From assembly GCA_040902515.1 (NCBI GenBank), contig JBBDXB010000006.1, positions 499,419 through 563,418 of the forward strand: DNA of 64,000 bases, in the 5' to 3' direction. The stretch is from Patescibacteria group bacterium (GTDB lineage Bacteria > Patescibacteriota > SICC01). The notes under the pieces were generated by a model. The model made no database searches, had not been told where the DNA came from, and saw nothing but the letters and a program-made list of their open reading frames with translations. Both the position numbers and the translations under genes were made by a program. Positions 28,536-37,566 of this stretch are shown here, piece by piece; the stretch's first letter is position 1; each line of letters begins with the position of its first letter.

Positions 28536-29291
28536 ATGGAATCTGTCGCAGCCAATCCAGGGGTCCAACTGCTCGGCCTGCTGGTGGCCACGCTGGTCTT
28601 GTCGTACGCCGCGAACCGGTTCCTGGCGCGGGTGTTCGTCGGGCGGACGTACCGGTTCCTGATCGCGCCGGGCGTGATCGTCCACGAGTATTCGCACGCG
28701 CTGGCCTGCGTTCTGACCGGCGCACGGATCCGGCAGGTCCGGGTGTTCGACGCGCGCGGCGGGGCGGTGGTGCACGAGGAGCCGCGGGCGCCGCTCGGTG
28801 ACGGGATCATCAGCGTGGCACCGATCCTCGGCGCGGCGACCGCGGTATACCTCCTGGCCCTGGCGCTGGTGCCGGGCTTCGTCGGCTTCGGCGAGCTTTC
28901 CATCTCCTCCTGGCAGTTCTTCGTCTTCGCGTACCTGGCCTCGGCGATCACCGCGGCGATGGCGCCGAGCCTGCAGGACCTCCGGGCCGGACTGGCTGCG
29001 TTCGTCGCGCTCTGCGCGATCATCGGACTTGGTGCGCTCAGCCCGGGACTGTCCGATTACGCGGGTGCCGTCCTCGGAACCGAGTTCGAGCGGGTACGGG
29101 GCATCGTCCTCTTCAGCCTGATCGTCCTGGCGACGCTGGCCGCCGCGGCGGGCGCCGCGTACGCGGTACTCCACCGCACGACCCGGCAAGGGGTGCGGTA
29201 CGTCCGCGAGCCGGAACGGTCGGACCACGGCCCGGGCGGCGGGAAAGGCCGGCGTGCCTCGGGCGACCGCGGCGGCGGATTGTTCGAGTGA
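28536..29291 (+). CDS. M50-like membrane metalloprotease
   Basis: PGVIVHEYSHALAC (HExxH) and a downstream APS..D motif. Confidence 0.8.
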   Translation: MESVAANPGVQLLGLLVATLVLSYAANRFLARVFVGRTYRFLIAPGVIVHEYSHALACVLTGARIRQVRVFDARGGAVVHEEPRAPLGDGIISVAPILGAATAVYLLALALVPGFVGFGELSISSWQFFVFAYLASAITAAMAPSLQDLRAGLAAFVALCAIIGLGALSPGLSDYAGAVLGTEFERVRGIVLFSLIVLATLAAAAGAAYAVLHRTTRQGVRYVREPERSDHGPGGGKGRRASGDRGGGLFE

Positions 29292-29357
29292 CCGCACCCG
29301 GCCGATTGCGGCCAGCGGCCGGTCGGGGTAGCATTCGCATCGAACACCGATAGACAT

Positions 29358-30017
29358 ATGAGCCTTAGACGTTCCCAACGAATCCGCCGTTCCCGCCTCC
29401 GCGGGACGATTTCCGGCCAGCGCGGTGCGTCGCCCCTCCTGTTGACTGTCCTGATCGGCCTGTTCCTGACGGCTGGCGCCGGTTTCGGCGGCTGGATCGT
29501 GGCAAGCCAGTCCGCGGCAGAGCAGCTGGCCGAGCAGGAAGACGAGATCAAACGGCTCAAGAAACGGCTCGGCGCGCAACCAAGTCCCGAACCGCTGGCC
29601 AGTGCCGCGCCGCAGACCCAGGAGGGTGACGCGCCGGCCGCCCAGACCGCGACGTACTCCAGTGCGAACCTCGGGTTCGCCGTGGACGTGCCCGAGGAGT
29701 GGATCGGCAAGTGGCGGTACCAGGAGGCGAGCAACGTCGGTGTCAGCACCAATTCCGTGACGTTCTTCCTGATCAACAAGGAGACCAAGTACGCCGAGGT
29801 GGCGACGATCGGCAAGATCCCGATCGACAAGTACAACGACGCCAGGGCTTCCGGCCACGCGATCGGCAACCCGGACAGCCTGCTTGAGGAAACGGGCGGA
29901 TTCGCGTACGTCGTCGTCTTCGCCGACGGTACGGTCGGGGATTACAAGGACTTCACGTACGCCGAAGCGACCGCGGCGGCCAAGCGGTCCTTCAAGGACA
30001 GCTTCCGGACGCTCTAG
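29358..30017 (+). CDS. Membrane-anchored exported hypothetical protein
   Basis: QRG followed by a hydrophobic helix (pilin-like N-terminus), a coiled coil and a PsbP-like YSSANLGFAVDVP..W region. Confidence 0.7.
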   Translation: MSLRRSQRIRRSRLRGTISGQRGASPLLLTVLIGLFLTAGAGFGGWIVASQSAAEQLAEQEDEIKRLKKRLGAQPSPEPLASAAPQTQEGDAPAAQTATYSSANLGFAVDVPEEWIGKWRYQEASNVGVSTNSVTFFLINKETKYAEVATIGKIPIDKYNDARASGHAIGNPDSLLEETGGFAYVVVFADGTVGDYKDFTYAEATAAAKRSFKDSFRTL

Positions 30018-30053
30018 CGATTCGCCGCCGGGGCACTTCGGTACAATGGTGAG

Positions 30054-32954
30054 GTGAATCCCGCCTCCACCGAACCGAAGCAGCCGAAGCCGCGCACCGG
30101 CCTGAACGAAGCCCAGGCCCGGGCCGTCACCCACGGCGAGGGGCCGCTCCTGATCGTGGCCGGGGCGGGGACGGGCAAGACCAACGTGATCACCCGGCGG
30201 ATCGCGCACCTGATCGAAGAGCGCGGCGTACCGGCGAACGAGATCCTGGCCATCACGTTCACGGAGAAGGCGGCCGGCGAGATGCTCGACCGGCTGATCG
30301 GCATGGGACTCTCGGCGCTGCCGGAGCACATCCAGACGTTCCACGCCTTCGGCGACGCGCTGCTCCGCGAGTACTCCTTCGAGCTGGGGCTGCCGCCGAC
30401 GTACCAGTTGCTCGGCGAAGCGGAGCAGGTGATCTTCCTGGAGGACCATCTCGAGGAACTGGGGCTGGAAGTCCTTTCCCCGCGCGGCCGGCCAGCGGCG
30501 TACCTGCGGGAGATCGCCGGGGCGATCAACCGCGCCAAGGCGGAGGACCTGGCGCCCGATGACTACGCGAAGTGGACGAAGCGGGAGGCGGCCCGGGCGA
30601 AGAAGCTCACCGATCCCGACGAACGGGCCGATGCGGAACGGAGGCTCGCACGCCATCAGGAGGTGGTGGCGGCGTTCGGCGCGTACGAGCGGCTCAAGCG
30701 GGAGCACTACCTGATCGATTACGGCGATCAGGTGCAGCTGCCGCTCCGGCTCCTCCGGGACAAGCCGGAGATCCGGGCGCGGCTTCGGAAGGTCTTCCGC
30801 TGGATCCTCGTCGACGAATACCAGGACACCAACCCGACGCAGGCCGCGCTGGTGGACGAGATCGCGGGACCGGGCGGCAACCTCACGGCGGTCGGTGACG
30901 ACGACCAGAGCATCTACGGGTTCCAGGGCGCCGACATCGGGAACATCCAGCGATTCGAGCAGGCACATGAGCGGCCGGCACGGATCGTCCTGACCGAGAA
31001 CTACCGGAGCTCGCAGCCGATCCTCGATGCGGCGTACCGGCTGGTCCGGCACAACCCCGACCGGCTGGAGACGCAGGACGGCTTCGACAAGCGCCTGACC
31101 GCGGCAGCGGTGACGGACGAGGCGGAGCCGCAGTTTCTGCGGTTCGCGACGGTGACGGACGAGGCGGAGGCGGTTGCCGCGCGATTCCGACAGCACCATG
31201 AGCAGGGCATCCCCTGGCAGGAGATGGCGGTGCTGGTGCGGCAGAAAAAACTCGGACAGCATTTCGCACGGGCGCTGGCATCCGCCGGGATTCCGTACCG
31301 GGCGGAGGGGAGCGGCCGGCTTTACGCGCAACCGGAGGTGAAGCTCTGCGTGAACTTCCTGCTGGCGGTCGCGGATCCGCATGATTCCCCGGCGCTCAAG
31401 CACCTGGCGACCAGCCCGGTCTATGATGTGCCGCTGGATACGTTGTTCGCTGCCGCCGCGCAGATGAAGCGGTACCATAAGCCGCTCTGGGAACTGCTGG
31501 ACCGTCAGGCGAAGGGCGTTCCGCAGGCCAGGAAACTCCTGGATGACATCCGGACGTACGCACGCAGGGCCCGCGAACGGCCGGTGGACGAGCTGCTCTA
31601 TGACTGGCTGGCCGAAGCCGGGTACGCCGAGCGGCTCCGTGCCGGCGGCGACGAACAGCCGGTCGAGAACATCGGCAAGCTCTTCGCGCGGCTCCGACAG
31701 TACGCGGCGACGGCCGAGGACCCGAGCGTCGCTGGCTGGGCGCGGCACTACGCCGACATCGCCGCGCTCTCCGACGAGTCCGTCGCGGCGGAATTCGACG
31801 GCGAGTATGACGCCGTCCGGATCCTCACGGCGCACGGTGCCAAGGGGCTGGAGTTCGAGGTCGTGGCGGTCGCCGGGATGGTGAAAGGGAAGTTTCCGCA
31901 GAACCGGCGGGGCGGCCAGCTCGCGATCGACTCGGTGATCGGTCGGGAAGCGGACAGCGCGTCCCACGAGCGCGAGGAGCGTCGGCTCTGTTACGTGGCG
32001 ATCACCCGGGCGAAGCGGTTCTGCTACCTCACCGCGTCCAGCGACTACCAGACCGCGCGGGCCTGGCGGGCCAGCCCCTTCGTTACCGAGGCGCTCGGGA
32101 ACGACATCGCGACGACGCTGCCGGACGCGCCGAAGGATCCCTGGCGGGCGCTGGCCCAGTCCACACCGGTGACCGCGATCACCAGCCCTGTCGCCAACGA
32201 CGAGATCCTCCGGCTGTCCTACTCGCGACTCCGCGATTACTGGGAGTGCCCGCTCAAGTATTACTGGAAACACGTGGCGAAGTTCCCGGACGAACGGGCG
32301 TTCGCACCGGAGTACGGCAACCTCGTCCACCGGGTGATCGAACGCATCAACCGCGCCAAGCTGGAAGGGCGGAAGCCGAGCCTCAAGGAGAGCCTTGACT
32401 GGTTCGAACGGGGCATCGGGACGCTGCCCGAGGAGCGTCCAGGACAGCGGGAGCGGGCGCACGCCAAGGGTGAGGCCGCGATCAAGCGGTTCTTCGCCGA
32501 GGAAGCGAAGCGCGAGGCGCCGACGAAAGTGGAGCATCCGTTCAAGATGGCGCTGCCCGGCTGCGTGGTGACCGGCCGCCTCGACCGGATCGATATCCAC
32601 CACGGCAGGCCGACGATCGTCGACTACAAGACCAGCGAATCGGTGCGGACCGAAGCCGAAGCCGAGCGGAAGATCAAGCAGAGCGCCCTTGCCAAGCAGC
32701 TCCAGATCTACGCGCTGGCGTACCAGGAGGAGCACGGCGAGCCGCCGGAACGGATCGTCCTGAACTTCGTGGAGACCGGCGTGTCGGCCGTGGCCACGCC
32801 CACGGCCCGGCAGCTTTCCGCGATGCGTGAGAAGATCATCGAGACGGCCACGGCGATCCGGAAGGGCGAGTTCCTGCCGGCGCGGACCGCGCACGAGTGC
32901 AGCCCGTTCGCCGAGTGCCCGGGCCACCGGCCGAAACACCGCACGGAGTCCTGA
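30054..32954 (+). CDS. UvrD/REP-family helicase fused to PD-(D/E)XK nuclease (AdnAB-like subunit)
   Basis: AGAGTGKT, VDEYQD, NYRS, HGAKGLEF and YVAITRAK helicase motifs; C-terminal GRLDRID..DYK..QLQIY. Confidence 0.92.
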   Translation: MNPASTEPKQPKPRTGLNEAQARAVTHGEGPLLIVAGAGTGKTNVITRRIAHLIEERGVPANEILAITFTEKAAGEMLDRLIGMGLSALPEHIQTFHAFGDALLREYSFELGLPPTYQLLGEAEQVIFLEDHLEELGLEVLSPRGRPAAYLREIAGAINRAKAEDLAPDDYAKWTKREAARAKKLTDPDERADAERRLARHQEVVAAFGAYERLKREHYLIDYGDQVQLPLRLLRDKPEIRARLRKVFRWILVDEYQDTNPTQAALVDEIAGPGGNLTAVGDDDQSIYGFQGADIGNIQRFEQAHERPARIVLTENYRSSQPILDAAYRLVRHNPDRLETQDGFDKRLTAAAVTDEAEPQFLRFATVTDEAEAVAARFRQHHEQGIPWQEMAVLVRQKKLGQHFARALASAGIPYRAEGSGRLYAQPEVKLCVNFLLAVADPHDSPALKHLATSPVYDVPLDTLFAAAAQMKRYHKPLWELLDRQAKGVPQARKLLDDIRTYARRARERPVDELLYDWLAEAGYAERLRAGGDEQPVENIGKLFARLRQYAATAEDPSVAGWARHYADIAALSDESVAAEFDGEYDAVRILTAHGAKGLEFEVVAVAGMVKGKFPQNRRGGQLAIDSVIGREADSASHEREERRLCYVAITRAKRFCYLTASSDYQTARAWRASPFVTEALGNDIATTLPDAPKDPWRALAQSTPVTAITSPVANDEILRLSYSRLRDYWECPLKYYWKHVAKFPDERAFAPEYGNLVHRVIERINRAKLEGRKPSLKESLDWFERGIGTLPEERPGQRERAHAKGEAAIKRFFAEEAKREAPTKVEHPFKMALPGCVVTGRLDRIDIHHGRPTIVDYKTSESVRTEAEAERKIKQSALAKQLQIYALAYQEEHGEPPERIVLNFVETGVSAVATPTARQLSAMREKIIETATAIRKGEFLPARTAHECSPFAECPGHRPKHRTES

Positions 32955-32960
32955 ATCACC

Positions 32961-33707
32961 ATGCCGACCGAACACACCCACGACAAACGGCCCCTCGCGA
33001 TCTTCGACATCGACGGCACGCTGTTCCGTTCGGCGGTGATGATGGAGATCGTCGACCATATGATCTCGGTGGACATGCTGCCGGAGTCGGCCTACGCCGA
33101 CCTGGTCGCCGCCCAGAACGCCTGGAAGGACCGGCAGGGCAGCTTCGAGCAGTACAACGACAAGCTCGTCCGCCTGATCGAACATAACCTGGCCGGCGTG
33201 TCGGAGCGGGAGTTCACGGTGCTCGCCGGGGGAGTGATCGGCCGCCTCAAGGACCGGCAGTACCGGTTCACCCACGACCTGCTGGAGAAGCTCCGTGCCC
33301 GGGGATACGCGCTCGTCGCGATCTCCGGCATGTTGGTGCCGGCGCTCAAGATCTATAACCGCTTCCTCAAGTTCGACTATGTCTACGGCTCGAAGCAGGA
33401 GGTGAAGGGCGGCCGGTTCACCGGGAAGCCGGTGGGCCTCCAGCCGTACTACGACAAGGCCGCGGTGGTCCGCTACTTCCTCTCCGAGCATGGCGAGTTC
33501 ACGCTCGACGATTCGTTTGGAATCGGGGACACGGAGGGGGACGTAGGCTTTCTCGAGCTGGTGGAGCACCCGATCGCGTTCAACCCCAACCGGAAGCTGC
33601 TCGAAAAAGCCCAGGCGGCGGGCTGGCGGGTGGTCCTGGAGCGGAAGGACGTGGTATACGACATCACCGAGCCGCGGGTCATCTCTTCGGCGGACGACCT
33701 GTTGTAG
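32961..33707 (+). CDS. HAD-IB family hydrolase
   Basis: FDIDGTL, ISG, K and GDTEGD motifs. Confidence 0.9.
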   Translation: MPTEHTHDKRPLAIFDIDGTLFRSAVMMEIVDHMISVDMLPESAYADLVAAQNAWKDRQGSFEQYNDKLVRLIEHNLAGVSEREFTVLAGGVIGRLKDRQYRFTHDLLEKLRARGYALVAISGMLVPALKIYNRFLKFDYVYGSKQEVKGGRFTGKPVGLQPYYDKAAVVRYFLSEHGEFTLDDSFGIGDTEGDVGFLELVEHPIAFNPNRKLLEKAQAAGWRVVLERKDVVYDITEPRVISSADDLL

Positions 33708-33758
33708 GCTGGAGGCGAGGGGTTGGCACGGAGCCCCGTGTAACCGTATAGTATACAT

Positions 33759-34805
33759 ATGACTACTGCCATCTTGGTGACCGTAGCCGTCGCGATCGTC
33801 GTGGGGATCGCCGCTGTCTACTACGAGCTGCTCCGGCAGCGCCGTGAGCGTGCGGCACAGGGCGACCAGACGGCGCTCTTGGAGTGGCTCAAGGACTTTA
33901 AGGAGGACCAGCGGCACGCCAGCCGGAGCTCGCAAGAAGCGACCCGGCAGATCGGCGAACGACTCGACAATGCCGCCAAGGTGATCGCGTCGCTGAACCA
34001 GGAGGTCGGCCGGATCCAGAAGATGGGCCAGTCGATCGAGGAGATGCGCGAGGTGTTCCGATCGCCCAAGATGCGCGGCAACATCGGCGAATCGCTGATG
34101 AAGGACATCCTTTCCGAATGTCTGCCGAAGGCCAAGTTCAAGCTGCAATACGGCTTCAAGAGCGGCGAAAAGGTGGACGCGGTGGTGTTCACGTCGAGCG
34201 GGATGATCCCGATCGACTCGAAGTTCCCCCTGGAGAAGTACTTGGCGGCGCAGAAACTACCCGAGGATGCACGCGAGCCGGTGCTCAATGAATTCCACAA
34301 ACAGGTCCGGAAACATATCGACGACATCTCCAAGAAGTACATCTTGCCCGGCGAAGACACGGTGGACTACGCGTTCATGTACGTGCCGGGCGAAGCGGTC
34401 TTCCACGAGATCTACTCGACTACGGATCTCTATGACCACGCTGCGGCCAAGCACGTGATTTTAGTCTCTCCGAACAACTTCTACCTGTTCCTGCAGCTGG
34501 TACTGAAGAGTTTCGAAGGCGAGCAGATCGAGGCGCGGGCCAAGGAAGTGCTGAGCGAACTCCGGGCGATCCAGCAGGATTCGGGGAAGCTTGGCGGCAG
34601 CTTGTCGCTGCTCTTCAAGCATCTCGGCAACGCCCGGAACACCGGGGACGTGGTCGGGAAGGACTTCGAACGGCTCAAGGGGAAGATCGACCACGCCGGC
34701 ACGTTGCCGGCCGATACGAAGGAAGCCAAACGCAAGCTTAAGGCCTTCGCCGAACCGGCAGGGAAGGCCGTGGGAGAGGCCGATCAACCTGCCGCAAGAC
34801 GGTAA
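33759..34805 (+). CDS. rmuC: DNA recombination protein RmuC
   Basis: N-terminal TM; RGNIGE, IDSKFP, ISKKYI and FMYVPGE motifs. Confidence 0.93.
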   Translation: MTTAILVTVAVAIVVGIAAVYYELLRQRRERAAQGDQTALLEWLKDFKEDQRHASRSSQEATRQIGERLDNAAKVIASLNQEVGRIQKMGQSIEEMREVFRSPKMRGNIGESLMKDILSECLPKAKFKLQYGFKSGEKVDAVVFTSSGMIPIDSKFPLEKYLAAQKLPEDAREPVLNEFHKQVRKHIDDISKKYILPGEDTVDYAFMYVPGEAVFHEIYSTTDLYDHAAAKHVILVSPNNFYLFLQLVLKSFEGEQIEARAKEVLSELRAIQQDSGKLGGSLSLLFKHLGNARNTGDVVGKDFERLKGKIDHAGTLPADTKEAKRKLKAFAEPAGKAVGEADQPAARR

Positions 34806-34811
34806 GCCTGC

Positions 34812-34840
34812 TTGCGAAAGCCCCGTCCCGCTCCTATGAT
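34812..34840 (+). promoter_or_regulatory. Sigma70-type promoter
   Basis: TTGCGA-17 nt-TATGAT. Confidence 0.6.
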
Positions 34841-34907
34841 GGAATGGATGGTAGCTAACACCGTCAAAAACGAACGCGAAGGGCAAAAGGTTCTTTCGCG
34901 CGACCAC

Positions 34908-34927
34908 ACCGCCTAAGGGCGGTTTTT
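34908..34927 (+). terminator. Leader terminator upstream of ORF 35007
   Basis: ACCGCC-TAAG-GGCGGT followed by TTTT. Confidence 0.6.
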
Positions 34928-35006
34928 CAGTTCTTTCGAAAACCAGGCGACGCCAGTCGGGGGCTGGCAAAAAAGCAACTGCAACGTCAACCAAGGGGAG
35001 CGCTCC

Positions 35007-35507
35007 TTGAGCCATCCGGCTTTCGTGCAGGGAACCAAGGTGGTGGGCTGGCGTCCGGAGATTCCACCGGAGCTGGCCACGCTGCTGCGGGAGGCGGCTT
35101 ACTGGGACAAGCGATTGGACCAGGTCCGAGGCCGTCGCCAACGACGCACCTGCGCACACAAGAAGTACCGCGCCTTACTGGAGGCGCATCATACCTACCC
35201 GGCGTACTTCCTGCCGCTCAGACGACAGCGGCGGGGAACCTGCCAGTTCGTGGTCTTCAGCTCGAAGATTGGCTATCCGGGTAACGCACGACGGCTCCGG
35301 ACGTGCATGCACGTCCCGCTTCGCGCGATAGACTCCAGTAAGGAGTGGCGCATCCAGTGCAAAGCGGTCTTCGACCGGCCCCGCCCCTACCAGCGGATAC
35401 GGCCGACCGAGGATGCGCGGTTCTGGCCCGAGGACAGACCCGAGGAGGTGATTACTTCCGCTCCGGCCACGCCGGCGACGGCACGTCCGCATCCGGCCTT
35501 GGCATGA
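35007..35507 (+). CDS. Hypothetical Arg-rich basic protein
   Basis: TTG start after an AAGGGGAG SD, GC3-biased codons and a terminator downstream. Confidence 0.65.
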   Translation: MSHPAFVQGTKVVGWRPEIPPELATLLREAAYWDKRLDQVRGRRQRRTCAHKKYRALLEAHHTYPAYFLPLRRQRRGTCQFVVFSSKIGYPGNARRLRTCMHVPLRAIDSSKEWRIQCKAVFDRPRPYQRIRPTEDARFWPEDRPEEVITSAPATPATARPHPALA

Positions 35508-35546
35508 CCACCAATCGTTAGGAGGACCGTCCCGTTCTCATAACGG

Positions 35547-35595
35547 AAAAGGCAGCGCACCCGTTTCGCTTCATGCGAAACCGCGCTGCTTTTTT
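35547..35595 (+). terminator. Intrinsic (probably bidirectional) terminator
   Basis: AAAAGGCAGCGC...GCGCTGCTTTTTT with an inner GTTTCGC/GCGAAAC stem. Confidence 0.75.
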
Positions 35596-35635
35596 CATGC
35601 CCGGAAAACCATTGAACATAATTTTTGAAAAGGTG

Positions 35636-35664
35636 TTGACAGGCATTGTTCATCGTGATAGGTT
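35636..35664 (+). promoter_or_regulatory. Sigma70-type promoter of candidate ncRNA
   Basis: Consensus TTGACA-17 nt-TAGGTT with an extended -10 TG and an AT-rich UP-like region. Confidence 0.65.
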
Positions 35665-35670
35665 GACTTA

Positions 35671-36299
35671 ATCCCGATTGAGCGGCGGCCCACCGAGGCC
35701 CCAACAATCGGGTTTTTTGCTCCCTTACCAACCAGCGTCCTACCACAGCCTTGAACGGCGGGGACTCGAGCATCTTCTCAAGAAGCGCAGCGCCTCCTGA
35801 GAAGGAAAAACAAAATACCAACCTTCATCGACCGACTATCGCTAGCCAGAAGGTGCTCGACGCCCTGCTGTTCGAGCGGGTGCCGATCCCACCCACCCGG
35901 TCAGCGAGACGAACGTTTGCGCAAACAAAAACCAACGGTGGCCCGTTACGGTGGTCCACCACTTCCAAAACGTCAAACCAAAATCCAAGTGTTCGAAACC
36001 ATTCATCGTTTGTCCTGACCACGTGCCGGGCAGCAACTCTTTGCATCACCGGCCTGAGCCCTCTGACGGGAAAAAATCAAAACAAATGCTCGTACCAGAG
36101 GCTCAGACCGGCGATGCCAAGCCTGCTGCCCGGCACATCCAAGACAGGTAGGGCCGGGGCTCCCCGGATCATCAGGGGAGCCCCAACACTTCTTTTCGAC
36201 CTTGGTCCTTCGCCGTCCGCGGCGAATGCTGTTTCGGAAAGGGGCGCCGGCAGCACCATTATTTTTACAAAAGGGGTGGCCTTAGCTTGGCGCCTTTTT
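35671..36299 (+). ncRNA. Candidate large structured non-coding RNA of unknown family
   Basis: An 8-bp closing helix (35737-44/36147-54) encloses three long arms with A/C-rich loops. There is no credible ORF, and the region is bounded by a promoter and a terminator. Confidence 0.65.
36269..36299 (+). terminator. Intrinsic terminator
   Basis: AAAAGGGGTGGC...GGCGCCTTTTT imperfect hairpin with a U-tract. Confidence 0.5.
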
Positions 36300-36331
36300 C
36301 ATTTGGCGACGACTTGCATGACAATGGGAGC

Positions 36332-37126
36332 ATGCATCCGGTGCTCTTCGAACTCGGGCCGTTGACCGTCTACAGTTACGGTCTGTTCGTGGTGCTCGCC
36401 GTTGTGGTCGCGGTGGCGGCGATCTATCTGTTGGCCCGGCAGGCGCGTCTGCCGGTGAAATACCTGGCCGACTACGTCCTGTACGGCACGCTGGCCGCCC
36501 TGGTCGGCGCTCGGATCTGGTACCTCATGCTCCGGCCCGACGAGATCGGGGGGCCGGCGACCTGGTTCGCGATCGGCGGCGGCCGACTGGCGCTTGCCGG
36601 CGGCCTGCTCCTGGGGTCGTTGGTGTTGTTCCTGTTGATCCGGCGGCATCGGGGGCCGCTCTGGCGATGGCTCGACGTGGTCGCGGTCGGAGCGGTCCTC
36701 GGGCTTGCGATCGGGAGGCTCGGCAGTTATCTCAACGGTGACTACCTCGGGACGGCGACCGGCTTGCCCTGGGGTGTGACCTATGAGGAGCGGCCGGCGC
36801 TCGCGGCCGCCGGGGAGCGACTCCACCCGCTGGCGCTCTACGCGGCGGGGCTGTATGCGGGCATCGCTTTCTATGCGTACCGGCTCTGGCGATTGCGACC
36901 CGCGCACGCGCCGGCCGGGATGCTATTCTGGTTGGTCCTCCTGCTGGTTTCCACCGTACAGCTGGCTCTGGAACCGTGGCATCATCCGGCGGATGCCCTC
37001 TTCCTGACGGAAGGCGCCCGGGCGACGGTGCCGGTCTTCCTCGCGTCGTCCGGCGTGAGCCTCTGGGTCCTGATGACCCGCTACGGCCTGCGGCCGCCGC
37101 GCCGCCGGGAAAGGGTGCGACGATGA
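36332..37126 (+). CDS. lgt: Prolipoprotein diacylglyceryl transferase
   Basis: MHPVLF..YSYG, GARIWY, IGRLGSYLNGD, LPWGV and HPLALY motifs. Confidence 0.9.
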   Translation: MHPVLFELGPLTVYSYGLFVVLAVVVAVAAIYLLARQARLPVKYLADYVLYGTLAALVGARIWYLMLRPDEIGGPATWFAIGGGRLALAGGLLLGSLVLFLLIRRHRGPLWRWLDVVAVGAVLGLAIGRLGSYLNGDYLGTATGLPWGVTYEERPALAAAGERLHPLALYAAGLYAGIAFYAYRLWRLRPAHAPAGMLFWLVLLLVSTVQLALEPWHHPADALFLTEGARATVPVFLASSGVSLWVLMTRYGLRPPRRRERVRR

Positions 37127-37566
37127 CGCCCTCCGTCCGGCGGGGTCCGGAACCGGCCGGACTGATAGCGTTGGCGCTCTTGGCGGCCGACCAGCTTACC
37201 AAGCTGATCGTCATGCAGAGCGGTGAGACCCTCACGGCCGGTCCGATGACCGTTGGTGCGCTGGTGAACCGCTCCGGCGTGCTGGGTCTTCCGCTCAGCA
37301 ACGCCCTGCTGATCGCGGCCGGGTTCATGATCGTACTCGGCATCGCCGTATTGCTTGCCCGCACCCCGCGGCCGTCGGTCCGGCTGGGGCTTTGGCTGCT
37401 TCTGGCAGGCGCGGTCGGGAACACCATCGACCGGCTGCTCTACGGCGGCGCGCTGGACATCGTCGCGATCGGGCCGTCGTCGCACTTCAACCTGGCGGAC
37501 ATCTGGATCCTGCTCGGCGGGCTGGCGCTGCTCCTCGCGGTGTGGCGGAAGGACGGCGGTGGTTGA
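37123..37566 (+). CDS. lspA: Signal peptidase II
   Basis: DQLTK, GAVGNTIDRL and FNLAD motifs. Confidence 0.9.
   Translation: MTPSVRRGPEPAGLIALALLAADQLTKLIVMQSGETLTAGPMTVGALVNRSGVLGLPLSNALLIAAGFMIVLGIAVLLARTPRPSVRLGLWLLLAGAVGNTIDRLLYGGALDIVAIGPSSHFNLADIWILLGGLALLLAVWRKDGGG

Noticed and set aside
28488-34148. 1886-aa minus-strand ORF
   Set aside because: Antisense shadow of five or six well-supported plus-strand genes. High GC3 codon bias suppresses stops on the opposite strand, and no protein motifs are present.
35671-36299. RNase P RNA, group I/II intron or T-box identity for the structured region
   Set aside because: No GAGGAAAGTCC P4 motif, no domain-V AGC/GNRA hairpin, no group I core and no T-box consensus found on either strand by eye.
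35751-36365. 204-aa ORF across the structured region
   Set aside because: TTG start without an SD, atypical codon usage and low-information S/T/R/P composition. The extensive base-pairing explains the sequence better.
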